This document shows positions 46,640 to 57,056 of a stretch of DNA of 64,000 nt, one piece after another. Each line of letters starts with the position of its first letter. Within the stretch, counting starts at the first letter, position 1. The DNA is from an uncultured Clostridia bacterium (GTDB lineage: Bacteria; Bacillota; Clostridia; Oscillospirales; Acutalibacteraceae), in contig CANQOP010000007.1 of NCBI GenBank assembly GCA_947625485.1, positions 9,330 through 73,329 on the forward strand. Direction: 5' to 3'. The notes beneath the pieces were generated by a model that was not told where the DNA came from, ran no database searches, and saw only the letters and a program-made list of their open reading frames with translations. The translations under genes were made by a program, and so were the position numbers.

Positions 46640-46772
46640 CGAGCAAATTATTTATCTACCATATTTTATACTTCCAAGCGTATTTCCGTCAAGTGTCATA
46701 AGCCATTTTTTCGAGTAAAATCGGACCGTCTATCTTTAAGACGGTCCGCTTTTACTTAGCTTAACTTTTAAA

Positions 46773-48455
46773 TCAACTGCTTTTTCTTGTCGCAAGCTTA
46801 ATAAATATAAGAACGGCGAGCATAAGCGCTATCGATACGCCGAGAACTACAAATACGTTCTGTGTAAAGCCTGATATCAAATAACCTACAGCAGAGACAG
46901 CCGCAACTGTCATAGCATATGGAAGCTGAGTGGAAACGTGATTTACGTGGTCGCACTGGGCGCCCGTGGACGCCATAATTGTCGTGTCGGAAATCGGTGA
47001 ACAATGGTCGCCGCAAACTGCGCCTGCAAGGCAGGCGGAAATGCAGACAATGACCAGAGGGGGTATTACACCTGTTGCCGCGACAGTCTCAAGCGGTTTC
47101 TCGAACACGCCGATAACTATTGGTATAAGAATACCGAACGTGCCCCAGGACGTGCCTGTTGCGAACGAAAGGCCGATAGCAACGACAAACAGAATTAACG
47201 GCAGAAGAACCTGAACGGCAGTTGCATTTTCAACAAGTCCCGATACAAAGCCGCTTGCGTCGAGCATACCCGTCATAGTTTTGAGCGTCCAGGCAAACAC
47301 GAGTATAAGAATAGCGGGAACCATCTGCTTAAAGCCCGAAGGGATAGCCTCCATACACTCTGAAAATCTGAGCACTCTGCGGCACATAAAGTAGATAATG
47401 TTGATAATTAACGCGCCGATTGAACCAAGAGCCAGCCCATAAGCCGCGTCACAGTTAGCAAATGCTTCTACAAGTCCCGCGTGCTTTTCGGGGTCCGTCT
47501 CAAAGAGACCGCCCGTGTAGAGCATACCAAGCACACAAAATACGATAAGGATAACAACAGGGATAATAAGGTCCACAACCTTGCCCTTACTGTGCGACGG
47601 AGCGTCGTCCTCGGGATAAACGTTGTTACGTGTTGTAAAAAGGTCGCCTTTCAGGGCATTTCTCTCGTGCAGTCTCATCGGACCGTAGTCTGTATTGGTT
47701 TTGGCAATAAAGATTACCATAATTAGCGTAAGCAGCGCATAGAGATTAAACGGAATTGTGCTTATAAAAAGCTGAATACCGTTCACGCCCTTAACCGTAC
47801 CGCTTACCGCGGCTGCCCACGAAGAAATCGGGGCGATAATGCACACCGGCGCAGCGGTTGCGTCAATTATGTAGGCGAGCTTTGCGCGGGATACCTTGTG
47901 CTTATCCGTAATGGGGCGCATAACCGAGCCTACCGTGAGACAGTTAAAATAGTCGTCAACAAAAATAAGCACGCCCAGAACAAATGCCGAAAGTGTTGCG
48001 CCTGCGCGCGTCTTTATGTGCTTTGCTGCCCATTCGCCGTACGCGCGGCTGCCGCCCGCCTTATTCATAAGAACTACGATTGCGCCGAGCACAACGAGGA
48101 AAACGAGGATACCTACGTTGTAGGAATCAGCAATGTTAGCGATAATACCCTCGTTTACGACAGCGTTAAACATTCTTGTAAAGCCTGCTCCAACAGCATT
48201 GAATATGCCCTCGCTCGCAATAATCTTCGAGAAGTACGTCTCGGATACAGCATAAAGAAATCCGCCCGTTAGAATACCGATAAACAGCGAGGAATAAACC
48301 TCTTTTGTGATTAGAGCCAGTCCGATAGCTACAATAGGCGGCAAAAGCGCCCACATTGTGCCGACTGAGTTCGTAATCGGCGCCTGAAAACAACAGCAGA
48401 TAACGTATGCCGCTATAATCAGTATGAAAATAATATTTTTCAAATATTTTTTCAT
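46773..48455 (-). CDS. NhaC-family transporter (possibly amino-acid transport)
   Basis: FVDDYFNCL.VG, LAYIIDATAAP, GTSWGTFGI, GDHCSPISDTTIMAS. Confidence 0.88.
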   Translation of the reverse strand: MKKYLKNIIFILIIAAYVICCCFQAPITNSVGTMWALLPPIVAIGLALITKEVYSSLFIGILTGGFLYAVSETYFSKIIASEGIFNAVGAGFTRMFNAVVNEGIIANIADSYNVGILVFLVVLGAIVVLMNKAGGSRAYGEWAAKHIKTRAGATLSAFVLGVLIFVDDYFNCLTVGSVMRPITDKHKVSRAKLAYIIDATAAPVCIIAPISSWAAAVSGTVKGVNGIQLFISTIPFNLYALLTLIMVIFIAKTNTDYGPMRLHERNALKGDLFTTRNNVYPEDDAPSHSKGKVVDLIIPVVILIVFCVLGMLYTGGLFETDPEKHAGLVEAFANCDAAYGLALGSIGALIINIIYFMCRRVLRFSECMEAIPSGFKQMVPAILILVFAWTLKTMTGMLDASGFVSGLVENATAVQVLLPLILFVVAIGLSFATGTSWGTFGILIPIVIGVFEKPLETVAATGVIPPLVIVCISACLAGAVCGDHCSPISDTTIMASTGAQCDHVNHVSTQLPYAMTVAAVSAVGYLISGFTQNVFVVLGVSIALMLAVLIFIKLATRKSS

Positions 48456-48459
48456 TTTT

Positions 48460-49371
48460 CTACTCCCTCTTTTTTAACTTTCTATTTTCAAACGGCAGAT
48501 TTACCTGAGCAAAAACTACTGCCGCAAAAACCAACAAGCAACCGAACAATTCCTTCACGGAAAGCTGTTCGCCTATGATAAGCCAGCCCGAAAGCGCCGC
48601 AAACACCGATTCAAGGCTCATTATGAGCGTTGCGACCGTCGGAGCTGTGAAACGCTGACCGACAATTTGAAGAGTGTACGCAACACCGCACGACATTACT
48701 CCCGCGTAAAGAATTGTAAAACGAGCTTCATATATGTACTCAATTCCAGGCGTTTCAAACAAAAGCATAATTACAAACGAAATTATGCCCGACGTAAAAA
48801 ACTGCACGCACGCCATAGCCACTCCGTCCGCGCCTTTCGATATAAAGCGGTCAATAACGATAATGTGAATTGCAAAGAAAAACGCGCACACAAGCGTAAG
48901 CAAATCGCCGAAGCCTACCCCGAAATTATCCTTGATACACAAAAGATAAAAACCCACTATCGCGAGCGCAACGCAAAGCCATATTTTTTTTGACGTCCTG
49001 CGTCCGAGCGCAAATTCGATAACAGGCACAAGTATAACATACAGTGCCGTAATAAAGCCCGACTTACCCGCGGTCGTATACACAATCCCGACCTGCTGGA
49101 ACGAGCTGGCGACGCACAGCGCAAAGCCGCATAATATTCCGCCTGTTAAGGTCGTCTTAAACGAGGTTTTCTTTTCGGTCTGCTCGGACTTTGAAAACAG
49201 CTTAAAGCCGGCTATCACAGGCAAAAGCACAATTCCTCCAATGAGGGTGCGTATCGAGTTGTATGTGAAAGGCTCGACATACTTCATTCCCTCGCTCTGA
49301 GCCACGAACGACGTACCCCAGATTACAGCGGTCACGAGCAAAATAATACTGCCGCGCAGATTTTTTAACAT
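48460..49371 (-). CDS. EamA/DMT family permease
   Basis: IWGTSFVAQ, TAGKSGFIT.LYV, IMSLESVFA; ATG at 49371. Confidence 0.9.
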   Translation of the reverse strand: MLKNLRGSIILLVTAVIWGTSFVAQSEGMKYVEPFTYNSIRTLIGGIVLLPVIAGFKLFSKSEQTEKKTSFKTTLTGGILCGFALCVASSFQQVGIVYTTAGKSGFITALYVILVPVIEFALGRRTSKKIWLCVALAIVGFYLLCIKDNFGVGFGDLLTLVCAFFFAIHIIVIDRFISKGADGVAMACVQFFTSGIISFVIMLLFETPGIEYIYEARFTILYAGVMSCGVAYTLQIVGQRFTAPTVATLIMSLESVFAALSGWLIIGEQLSVKELFGCLLVFAAVVFAQVNLPFENRKLKKRE

Positions 49372-49574
49372 TAAAATTACTCCCAATTATTACCTTAAAA
49401 ACACTTCATAATTTTATCATCATAATGAGATTTATGCAATAAAATTCGACAGCAAACGACTAATTTCTGCACATTAGCCAAATAAGGCGCTCAGAATTTG
49501 GGCACTTTACTCACATCGCGTTCCGTCGCAGCAGAAAAAAGCGCTGAAATGAAAAAGCACCCGTAAGGGCGCTT

Positions 49575-51242
49575 TTAACTGAATATAATCCAAAATTCTA
49601 TTTTATCCTTATCCGTCTGTACTCCGTAATCAAACCCGTGCATATCAAGGATACGCTTTGCTATCGCAAGTCCAAGTCCGTTACCTTTAGAGTACCTCGC
49701 AGTGTCGAGTTTCGTGTACGGCTCCCAAATTTTTGTAAGCTCACTCTTCCCTATTTCTTCCGCCGTTTTGTTAGTCACGCTCAACCTTCCGTCTTTTATA
49801 ACGACATCAATCGGCGTATCCTCAGTTGCGTACTTTACGGCGTTGTCAATAAAGTTATCAATGACTGTCGTGAGAAGATTACAATCTGCGCTTATCACGC
49901 AGTCGCCGATACATTTAAACCGAAGCCGACTGTCTGGGCACTTCTCAACAGCGTTTTTTACAAGCTCCTTCAGCGAAAACCTCTCTCGGTTCAGTTTGAA
50001 ATTATCCGAGTCAAACCGTGAGAAATCGAGCATATTGTGCACAAGCTCGTCCAGCCGCTCCGTCTGATCAATGATAACGTCGGCGTAATACTCACGTTTA
50101 TCGGCATTGATATTTTCCCTCAGGCTCTCCGCGTAACCGCTGATTATAAACAGCGGAGTTTTCAAATCGTGAGCCATAGCCCTTGTCATATCCCGTCGGA
50201 TATTTTCCTGCTCTATTTCCGTGCATATTGATTTCCAGCTGAGTCTGCCCACTATAATCCCGACAAGTAAAAAGAACACGAAAATAATGACCGACGCGAT
50301 AAGTATATTGACAAAGCACACGCTCAAGACATTATATTCGCGTACAAAGTCGAGGTAATAAGTCGTGTCTATATACTTATCAATACTGTTAACAGTCCGT
50401 CGGTTGAAGAAAATATAAGTGAACGGCGCTGTGTTTGTCTCAGTCGGAATATCATTGAGCTTAACGCCCAATCCGTCAATATAGTCCAACAGATTTCGGC
50501 TTTCGTAATTTCCGAGGACAAAGTCGGTATCTATCATATTTCTGTACCGGCCGCCGCTTTTATAGACAATCTGTCCCGCAGTCTCAGAGGTATAAAGCTC
50601 AGGCTGCAGCTCAAAGTCCTCGACAGGCTCGTCCTCGGCGTACCGTTTATTTATATCGTTAGTCACGACAATCTCGACGCTTTTAGGATACACATAGTTA
50701 CCGCTGTAGTAAAATGAGCGGCACACCAGCTCATACCTCACCTCGCCGGAAAGCTCGGTTTTATCGGGCTTGCTTCTAAGATATGAAGAAATTTTCCTGT
50801 ATTGAGCATTGGTCATAGAACCTCTGAACTCTCTGTAATCAATTACGCCTATCGCGCTGTCAAGTCCGAACGTCCTGTCGCTGAAATCAACGGCGCAGTA
50901 GTCGCCCGTCTCAGCAAGAACAGTATCACTACTGCCTATATAAGTGTATCTCTCATTCTGTCCGCTGTCATCAGATATACCGTTAGCCTCTCGAACATAC
51001 ACGCGTACCTCGGTGGAGTTGTCCTGAAGACTGTTCACCTCATAAGCGAGACTGTTCGGAGCCTGCAAAAGCGTGGCGTAATACTCCGAAACTGCGTCAT
51101 AAGCGCTGTTTAGCAGATTCTGGTGGGTATGGTTGTACGTTATCACCGCGTACGCTCCGGCAACAATGAAGAAAACGCCGAGAAACATCGCCATTATTCT
51201 TATGTAGTGATTGTTTCGTCTTTTGCGCAGCTTACTTTTCAC
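49575..51242 (-). CDS. Sensor histidine kinase
   Basis: Two TM segments around a large extracellular domain; AHDLKTPL H-box, N.IDNAVKY, G.GLGLAI. Confidence 0.92.
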   Translation of the reverse strand: MKSKLRKRRNNHYIRIMAMFLGVFFIVAGAYAVITYNHTHQNLLNSAYDAVSEYYATLLQAPNSLAYEVNSLQDNSTEVRVYVREANGISDDSGQNERYTYIGSSDTVLAETGDYCAVDFSDRTFGLDSAIGVIDYREFRGSMTNAQYRKISSYLRSKPDKTELSGEVRYELVCRSFYYSGNYVYPKSVEIVVTNDINKRYAEDEPVEDFELQPELYTSETAGQIVYKSGGRYRNMIDTDFVLGNYESRNLLDYIDGLGVKLNDIPTETNTAPFTYIFFNRRTVNSIDKYIDTTYYLDFVREYNVLSVCFVNILIASVIIFVFFLLVGIIVGRLSWKSICTEIEQENIRRDMTRAMAHDLKTPLFIISGYAESLRENINADKREYYADVIIDQTERLDELVHNMLDFSRFDSDNFKLNRERFSLKELVKNAVEKCPDSRLRFKCIGDCVISADCNLLTTVIDNFIDNAVKYATEDTPIDVVIKDGRLSVTNKTAEEIGKSELTKIWEPYTKLDTARYSKGNGLGLAIAKRILDMHGFDYGVQTDKDKIEFWIIFS

Positions 51243-51918
51243 GTTTATCCTCTATTCTGAATCCGCGGCGAATTACGGTTTTAATCATCTGAGCGTTGTC
51301 TGCTAGAGCCTTGCGGAGATTTTTTATATGAGAGTCCAGCACGCGTACATCGACGTCGCTGTCGTAGCCCCAGATTTCCTGGATGAATTTCTCACGCGAT
51401 ACAACTTTGTTTTTATTCTCTAAAAGAATTTTAAGTATTACATATTCCTTAGCGGTGAGGTTTACCTCCTCTCCGTTTGAAACTACTATTCCGTTATTTG
51501 GATTTAAGGATAGCGTCCCCACTGAGAGAACGTCCGAACGCACCAGACCCTTTGAGCGCTTAATCGTTGCGATTACCTTTTCATAGAAAACAGGCAATGA
51601 AAACGGCTTAACTATGTAATCATCGCAGCCGAGAGCATAACCCTTTAAAATATCCTCCTGAGCGGTACGGGCGGTTATAAAAATAATGGGCGTATCGCTG
51701 TAGCGGCGAATCTCGCGGCAAATCTCAAAACCGTCAACCTCGGGCAACATAATATCGAGCAAAAACAGATCGTATTTCTCCTCGTAAGCGCGGCTTAAAC
51801 CGATACCGCCGTTTGCCGCTGTATGTATCTCGAGCTCGAGCTTACTTTTTGCGGAAAAGTAATCCTGTATCATTTCACAGATATGGGCGTCGTCCTCCAC
51901 CAGCAAAACCTTATACAT
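51232..51918 (-). CDS. OmpR-family response regulator
   Basis: LLVEDD, LLDIMLP, ITAR, DDYIVKPF, winged-helix C-terminus; ATG at 51918. Confidence 0.93.
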   Translation of the reverse strand: MYKVLLVEDDAHICEMIQDYFSAKSKLELEIHTAANGGIGLSRAYEEKYDLFLLDIMLPEVDGFEICREIRRYSDTPIIFITARTAQEDILKGYALGCDDYIVKPFSLPVFYEKVIATIKRSKGLVRSDVLSVGTLSLNPNNGIVVSNGEEVNLTAKEYVILKILLENKNKVVSREKFIQEIWGYDSDVDVRVLDSHIKNLRKALADNAQMIKTVIRRGFRIEDKREK

Positions 51919-52090
51919 CTGTATCACCCCATAATATGTTAGCACATTAATCTGGATTTTATTTGGAGAAATAGAAATTTTTTGTAAAATATTATGTAAA
52001 TTTTTATTCTTTTTTCGTTTTTTCCATACAAAATTCAAATAAGGATGCTATAATAATAACTATACTGATAATCCGACAGAGAGGTAACAT

Positions 52091-53461
52091 ATGAAACGAA
52101 TACTTTCCGCAATAATTATATTAACGATTTTGCTAACCGCTGCTGTTTTCGGCGGCTGTTCAAAAGAAGACCTGAGCGATAAGCAGCTCACGGTATACTG
52201 CACAAAAGACGGAAAAACGGAATACGAACAGCTTTTCAAATACTATAACAACTACTGCACAGCAAACGCTGATTTCGGCAGACAGTATCAGATTTCTTTC
52301 GTGGAGTTTGAGAACGAAGAAGAGCTGTATAAAAAGATGACCACAGAAACTATGGCAGGCGGAGGTCCAGACATTTTTTTAACCGCGCAGTATCTCCCGT
52401 TTGAAAAAATGATAGGCGCGGGAGCGTTTATGGATATTGACGAGCTTTTAGAAAGAGAAAACTGCAAAATCGACTTTTCAAAGCTGAATGAAAAGGTTAT
52501 GGACTCGGGCGTGTGGAACGGCAAGCGATACATACTTCCGATAGTATACAGCCCGCGCGTTATGATAACGGACAGAGCGTATCTTAACGGGCTTAATATG
52601 ACAATTCCCGAGGAAAGGAGATTTCCCTATAAAAACGGCTATACCGTCACTTACAGCGATTTAAAGTATATGTTGAAATACGCAAAGAGCAGTCAGCTTT
52701 TCTCCTACAACAGCATGCAGCTTATGTATAACCTTCTGTACGACAATATGGACATGAAAGAAAAGAAAGTTTACTTTGACACCGATAAGTTTAAAGAAAA
52801 TTTAGAGACAATCAAAAAGCTGTATAAGTACGAAGTTAAAATAGAAGAGAATACGGAAGATCAAAAAGATTTCTTCGGAGATTACTACTCATTGTTTGCG
52901 TATGCGCAATATAGCTTTGAAAATTTTATGAGGAACAATTTGTGCGGATACACAAAAAACAATTTTGAATATTACAGCGAAAAGATTGAAAAGAGCAAAG
53001 TACTCTATAAGGGCATATCAAGGGAAAGAAACGACAACCGAGGCTATATCGACCTCGGTATCGCGGTCAACAAAAATACTAAACAGGGCAAAAAAATATG
53101 CGAATTTATAAAGTTTTCGCTGAGTAATCTCGGCCAGTCTCATATGACAAGCAAGTACAACAGCTTCGCGTTCGGAGACTCCTTCCCCGTCAACAAAGAA
53201 ACCTTTGAAAAACGCCTGCGCAATGCAAAGGAGTTTGAGTTTGTCGGAGGAGACGTTTTTAAAAATCACAACAGCGAGCTGTTCAACACATACGAAAAAA
53301 TCGTGCGCAGCGTGGACGATTGCAGTCTCTACAACGGCAGCTCATACTACACCACGAGCATTGTCGGCGATTTGATAGAGCAATATATGAGCGATAAGCT
53401 TCCGCAAAATAAATTTATAAGACAGCTATCCTCGGCGACTAAATTTTATCTCGAAGAATAA
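52091..53461 (+). CDS. Extracellular solute-binding lipoprotein (CUT1-like)
   Basis: Lipobox FGGC; GGGPDIF, G..YILP, AVNKNT motifs. Confidence 0.8.
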   Translation: MKRILSAIIILTILLTAAVFGGCSKEDLSDKQLTVYCTKDGKTEYEQLFKYYNNYCTANADFGRQYQISFVEFENEEELYKKMTTETMAGGGPDIFLTAQYLPFEKMIGAGAFMDIDELLERENCKIDFSKLNEKVMDSGVWNGKRYILPIVYSPRVMITDRAYLNGLNMTIPEERRFPYKNGYTVTYSDLKYMLKYAKSSQLFSYNSMQLMYNLLYDNMDMKEKKVYFDTDKFKENLETIKKLYKYEVKIEENTEDQKDFFGDYYSLFAYAQYSFENFMRNNLCGYTKNNFEYYSEKIEKSKVLYKGISRERNDNRGYIDLGIAVNKNTKQGKKICEFIKFSLSNLGQSHMTSKYNSFAFGDSFPVNKETFEKRLRNAKEFEFVGGDVFKNHNSELFNTYEKIVRSVDDCSLYNGSSYYTTSIVGDLIEQYMSDKLPQNKFIRQLSSATKFYLEE

Positions 53462-53493
53462 CAAAACTCGAAAACATTTTAAGGACTGATATT

Positions 53494-54345
53494 ATGACAA
53501 GAAAAAGAAGAGAATGTATAGCGGCGGCGCTGTTTTTAATCCCATCGTTTGCGGGAATCCTGGTATTCTACATTATTCCGTACATAATATGCTTCGTGCA
53601 GAGCCTGTTTATCGGCGACAGCTTTGTCGGGTTTAGTAACTATATTTCGCTTTTTTCAAACTATACCTTTACGCTTGCGTTAAAAAACACGGTGATTTTT
53701 ACAGTTACGGCTATTCCGCTGCTTATGGTAGTATCATTTCTCATAGCGCTGTTTCTCAACTCATTTAAACGGCTTAACTCATTCTTCCGCAGTGCGTTTC
53801 TGATACCCGTCGTTATTCCCGTTGCCTCATTAATCGTGGTATGGCAGGTATTTTTTGAGGACTACGGCGCGATTAACGGCTTTATTACATCGCTCGGGCT
53901 TCCGAAAATAGAATTCTTTGATTCGTGGTTTTCTATGCTTATGATAATTTTTATTTATGTGTGGAAACACTGCGGATTTTGCGTTATTCTCTTCACCGCC
54001 GGACTTGCTAATATTCCCGAGGCGTATATAGAAAGCGCAAGGCTCGACGGCGCAGGTCCCCTGAAAATTGTAACACGAATTAAAATACCGAACATTACGC
54101 CTACGATTTTCTTCGTGTTCCTTATGGCGATGATTTACTCTTTTAAAATCTACCGCGAAGTTTTCGCTCTGTTCGGCGACTATCCTAACGAGCACGTCTA
54201 TTTCCTGCAAAACTTCGTAAACAACAATTACTATAACTTAAACTATCCGCGCCTTTCGGCGGCGTCCATAATTCTTTCAGTGTTTATCGTTGCGGTGCTG
54301 TTCGTTTTCTTTATGCTCGAGCGCAAGCGCAACTATCTTGAATGA
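53494..54345 (+). CDS. Carbohydrate ABC permease
   Basis: FVGFSNY, ALKNT, EAA loop IPEAYIESARLDGA. Confidence 0.9.
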   Translation: MTRKRRECIAAALFLIPSFAGILVFYIIPYIICFVQSLFIGDSFVGFSNYISLFSNYTFTLALKNTVIFTVTAIPLLMVVSFLIALFLNSFKRLNSFFRSAFLIPVVIPVASLIVVWQVFFEDYGAINGFITSLGLPKIEFFDSWFSMLMIIFIYVWKHCGFCVILFTAGLANIPEAYIESARLDGAGPLKIVTRIKIPNITPTIFFVFLMAMIYSFKIYREVFALFGDYPNEHVYFLQNFVNNNYYNLNYPRLSAASIILSVFIVAVLFVFFMLERKRNYLE

Positions 54346-54354
54346 GGTGCAGGT

Positions 54355-55191
54355 ATGAAAAAGGTAAAAACTGTTTTTAAATACATTTTTCTTATAATAT
54401 TGACGCTCTTGTTTCTCTTTCCGCTTATTTATATGCTCATAGGCTCGCTTATGCCAAACGAGGAAATCGTTTCTATGCTCGATTTTTCCAAGGAAACATA
54501 CAAATCCATTAAGCTCATACCCGACGCATTCACTCTCGACCAGTTTTATCAGGTGTTTTTCAGACGAGCACAGTACCTCTTAAAGTTCTGGAACTCTGTA
54601 ATTATCACGTTTCCCACAGTAATCGGTCAGGTCGTGGTGTCGTCGCTCGCGGCGTTTGCATTCGCAAAGCTCAGATTTCCGTTCAGGGATAAGCTCTTCT
54701 TCGTTTACATTGTTTTGCTTATTCTTCCGCTTCAGGTGACGCTAGTTCCGAATTACATAGTGCTCGACAACCTTAAACTGCTCAACAGCTTTCTGTCCGT
54801 TATTCTTCCGGGCACGTTCTCCGCGTTCGGCATATGTCTTCTCAGACAATGCATTAAGTATATTCCCGACGCCTCGATTGAAGCGGCTCGTATAGACGGA
54901 GCGTCATACTTTAGGATTTTTACGGGTATAATACTTCCTCAGATACGCGGCGGACTGATCACACTCACGCTTTTGTGCTTTATCGACAGCTGGAACGCGG
55001 TCGAACAGCCGCTTATCTACTTTAGCGACAGGTCTATGTATCCTCTCTCAATAGGACTTGCAGACATAGGCAACTCCGATTACGGCATTATCTTCGCGTG
55101 CGGAGTTATGTTTATGATACCGCCTCTATTGATTTACCTCTACGGCGAACGTGATATTGAGTCTCCGTTTACAACTTCGGATAAGCTATAA
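54355..55191 (+). CDS. Carbohydrate ABC permease
   Basis: FWNSVIIT, AFAFAKLRFP, EAA loop IEAARIDGA. Confidence 0.9.
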   Translation: MKKVKTVFKYIFLIILTLLFLFPLIYMLIGSLMPNEEIVSMLDFSKETYKSIKLIPDAFTLDQFYQVFFRRAQYLLKFWNSVIITFPTVIGQVVVSSLAAFAFAKLRFPFRDKLFFVYIVLLILPLQVTLVPNYIVLDNLKLLNSFLSVILPGTFSAFGICLLRQCIKYIPDASIEAARIDGASYFRIFTGIILPQIRGGLITLTLLCFIDSWNAVEQPLIYFSDRSMYPLSIGLADIGNSDYGIIFACGVMFMIPPLLIYLYGERDIESPFTTSDKL

Positions 55192-55201
55192 GGAGTGCGC
55201 T

Positions 55202-55630
55202 ATGACAAGAAGGAAAAAAAATGTGATAAAAATCGCGGTCATTTTTTTCGTCGCACTCGGACTGCTCACTTACTTCTCCGATGAAATCGACCGTATGCTT
55301 TTACCACAGATAAAAACCTGCGAACCAGTAGTCGACTACTACAACAACGACCACTGGAAATACTATATAGACGAATGTTATATTCCGAAGTCAGCTGTCG
55401 TTTTTGACGACGACAGCGCGGTCGTTTACGCCGTAAATGAATACTATGACGGAGAAACTCCGACAGTATACTCCATCGAAATTGACATAAGAGACAGTGA
55501 TGAGCTGTATTATACTGTAGAAATGAATGACAGTCTGATGTCCGGTTTAACTGCCACCACTCAGCTCGTTTACCATACCTCAAAGCCGCTCAGTGACGGC
55601 GAAAGAGTGTTTATCACGGAGGAAAACTGA
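55202..55630 (+). CDS. Small membrane-anchored protein resembling a truncated periplasmic adaptor (MFP)
   Basis: N-terminal TM followed by LPQI; IPKSAV...VYAV...KPLSDGERV resembles the MFP C-terminal domain; ATG at 55202. Confidence 0.5.
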   Translation: MTRRKKNVIKIAVIFFVALGLLTYFSDEIDRMLLPQIKTCEPVVDYYNNDHWKYYIDECYIPKSAVVFDDDSAVVYAVNEYYDGETPTVYSIEIDIRDSDELYYTVEMNDSLMSGLTATTQLVYHTSKPLSDGERVFITEEN

Positions 55631-55631
55631 T

Positions 55632-56765
55632 ATGAAGCTAACGATAAAAAAGCTCGTCGCTCCGACGCTGCTGTGTCTGCTTACCCTGTTGTCGCTTTTG
55701 GGGATAATTCTTACATCAGTTCACGCGGAAAGCAAAATGGGCGACATCACTGTCCTCAACTGCGATTATAACAAGGGAGAAAAGCTGCTGACTATCGGGG
55801 ATATTACAAAGCTTACAGACCGAATCAGTGAGCTTATGAGCGGTCAGTCCACGCTCGCTTTCTGCGCAGAGACTAAGGACGAAAAAATTAAAAAGCAAAC
55901 CGTCACGCCCGTACTTACAAACAGCCTTTACTTCGGGCACAACAAAATAAAAACGGAGAGTTTTAAAAACTCAGACATTGTAATAAGCCGCACGCTTGCC
56001 CAAAAGCTTTTTAAAACCGGCGAAGCAGTCGGTAAGAAACTTAAACTCTACGGAAACAATTATACCGTATCAGGCGTTTACGACAGCCGCGACGGACTTT
56101 TCGACCGTTACTTTCACGACGGAAAAGAACGCGTCTATATTAATTATGAGGGTATTGAGGACTGCCAAAAATATGAAATAAACGAAATGAGCTACGAAAA
56201 TCAAACCCAGTCGGCTGTCACTCTGGAGCAGATGAATCCTGTAAACTACCATTCAACCAATCTCTCGGAAAAGTCGCTTGTACTGCGCGATTTTCTGAAT
56301 CTTGCGGCGCTTATCGTGTATCTAGTCGCTCTTGTAATCGCGGTAAAACTCTGGTTCTATCTTTGCAAACGACAGATAAATAACATTAAAGCAACTCTCG
56401 AAGACTCATATAGTCTCGAAAGCGTCCGAAAAAATCCGCGTGCCTATATACTGCTCGCTCTGTTCGGAGCAGGTATTCCTCTTATAATCGTCTCCGTATT
56501 TTTAATATGTGATTTCAGCATTTATATTATTCCGCAGTATATTCCATATGATAATATTTTCGACATCTCCCACTATCTCGGTGAACACGCAAAAGCAGTA
56601 GCGCAGCTCAACTCCTGTGCGCTCGGCGGCGACAAATTCCTTTTGAACTTGTATAACGGCAGCTTTTACGCACTGATATTCGAGACCGTTCTCTTCACAA
56701 TTTCGCTTATAATAACCGCAGTATATTTTTACAGAATATTAAGGAAAAAATTTGAGCTGTCCTGA
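55632..56765 (+). CDS. MacB-like periplasmic-core membrane protein
   Basis: VISRTLAQKLF....AVGKKL.LYG..YTVSGVY MacB_PCD pattern; several TM helices; ATG at 55632. Confidence 0.65.
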   Translation: MKLTIKKLVAPTLLCLLTLLSLLGIILTSVHAESKMGDITVLNCDYNKGEKLLTIGDITKLTDRISELMSGQSTLAFCAETKDEKIKKQTVTPVLTNSLYFGHNKIKTESFKNSDIVISRTLAQKLFKTGEAVGKKLKLYGNNYTVSGVYDSRDGLFDRYFHDGKERVYINYEGIEDCQKYEINEMSYENQTQSAVTLEQMNPVNYHSTNLSEKSLVLRDFLNLAALIVYLVALVIAVKLWFYLCKRQINNIKATLEDSYSLESVRKNPRAYILLALFGAGIPLIIVSVFLICDFSIYIIPQYIPYDNIFDISHYLGEHAKAVAQLNSCALGGDKFLLNLYNGSFYALIFETVLFTISLIITAVYFYRILRKKFELS

Positions 56766-56939
56766 CGGACGGCTCTTCTCCTTAAAGGCAAAAAAGTTAT
56801 AACCTCTTGTCCCATAACTCTTGCTCCATAAGAATAAATATGGTAATATATTAAAGTGTTAAAGTAAAACAGTCTTACGGATGTGTGAAAAATCACATTA
56901 ATTTGATTTCTCAACCTGTTATTATCATAAATATATTGC

Positions 56940-57056
56940 CCGACCGGTTTGTCCCTTCGGGACAACGGTCGATGGCTGAATTTCCATATACGCCTTATCC
57001 GCCCACGATAAGGTTGTAATAAAAACCATTAACTTAATTTTGTGGGCGGAAAGGCT
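56940..57056 (+). promoter_or_regulatory. Structured proB leader with alternative RBS-sequestering hairpins
   Basis: Mutually exclusive stems CCTTATC/GATAAGG and TCCGCCCAC/GTGGGCGGA. Confidence 0.45.

Noticed and set aside
51919-52038. 40-residue N-terminal extension of the response regulator
   Set aside because: This is AT-rich divergent promoter DNA; the receiver domain starts at ATG 51918.
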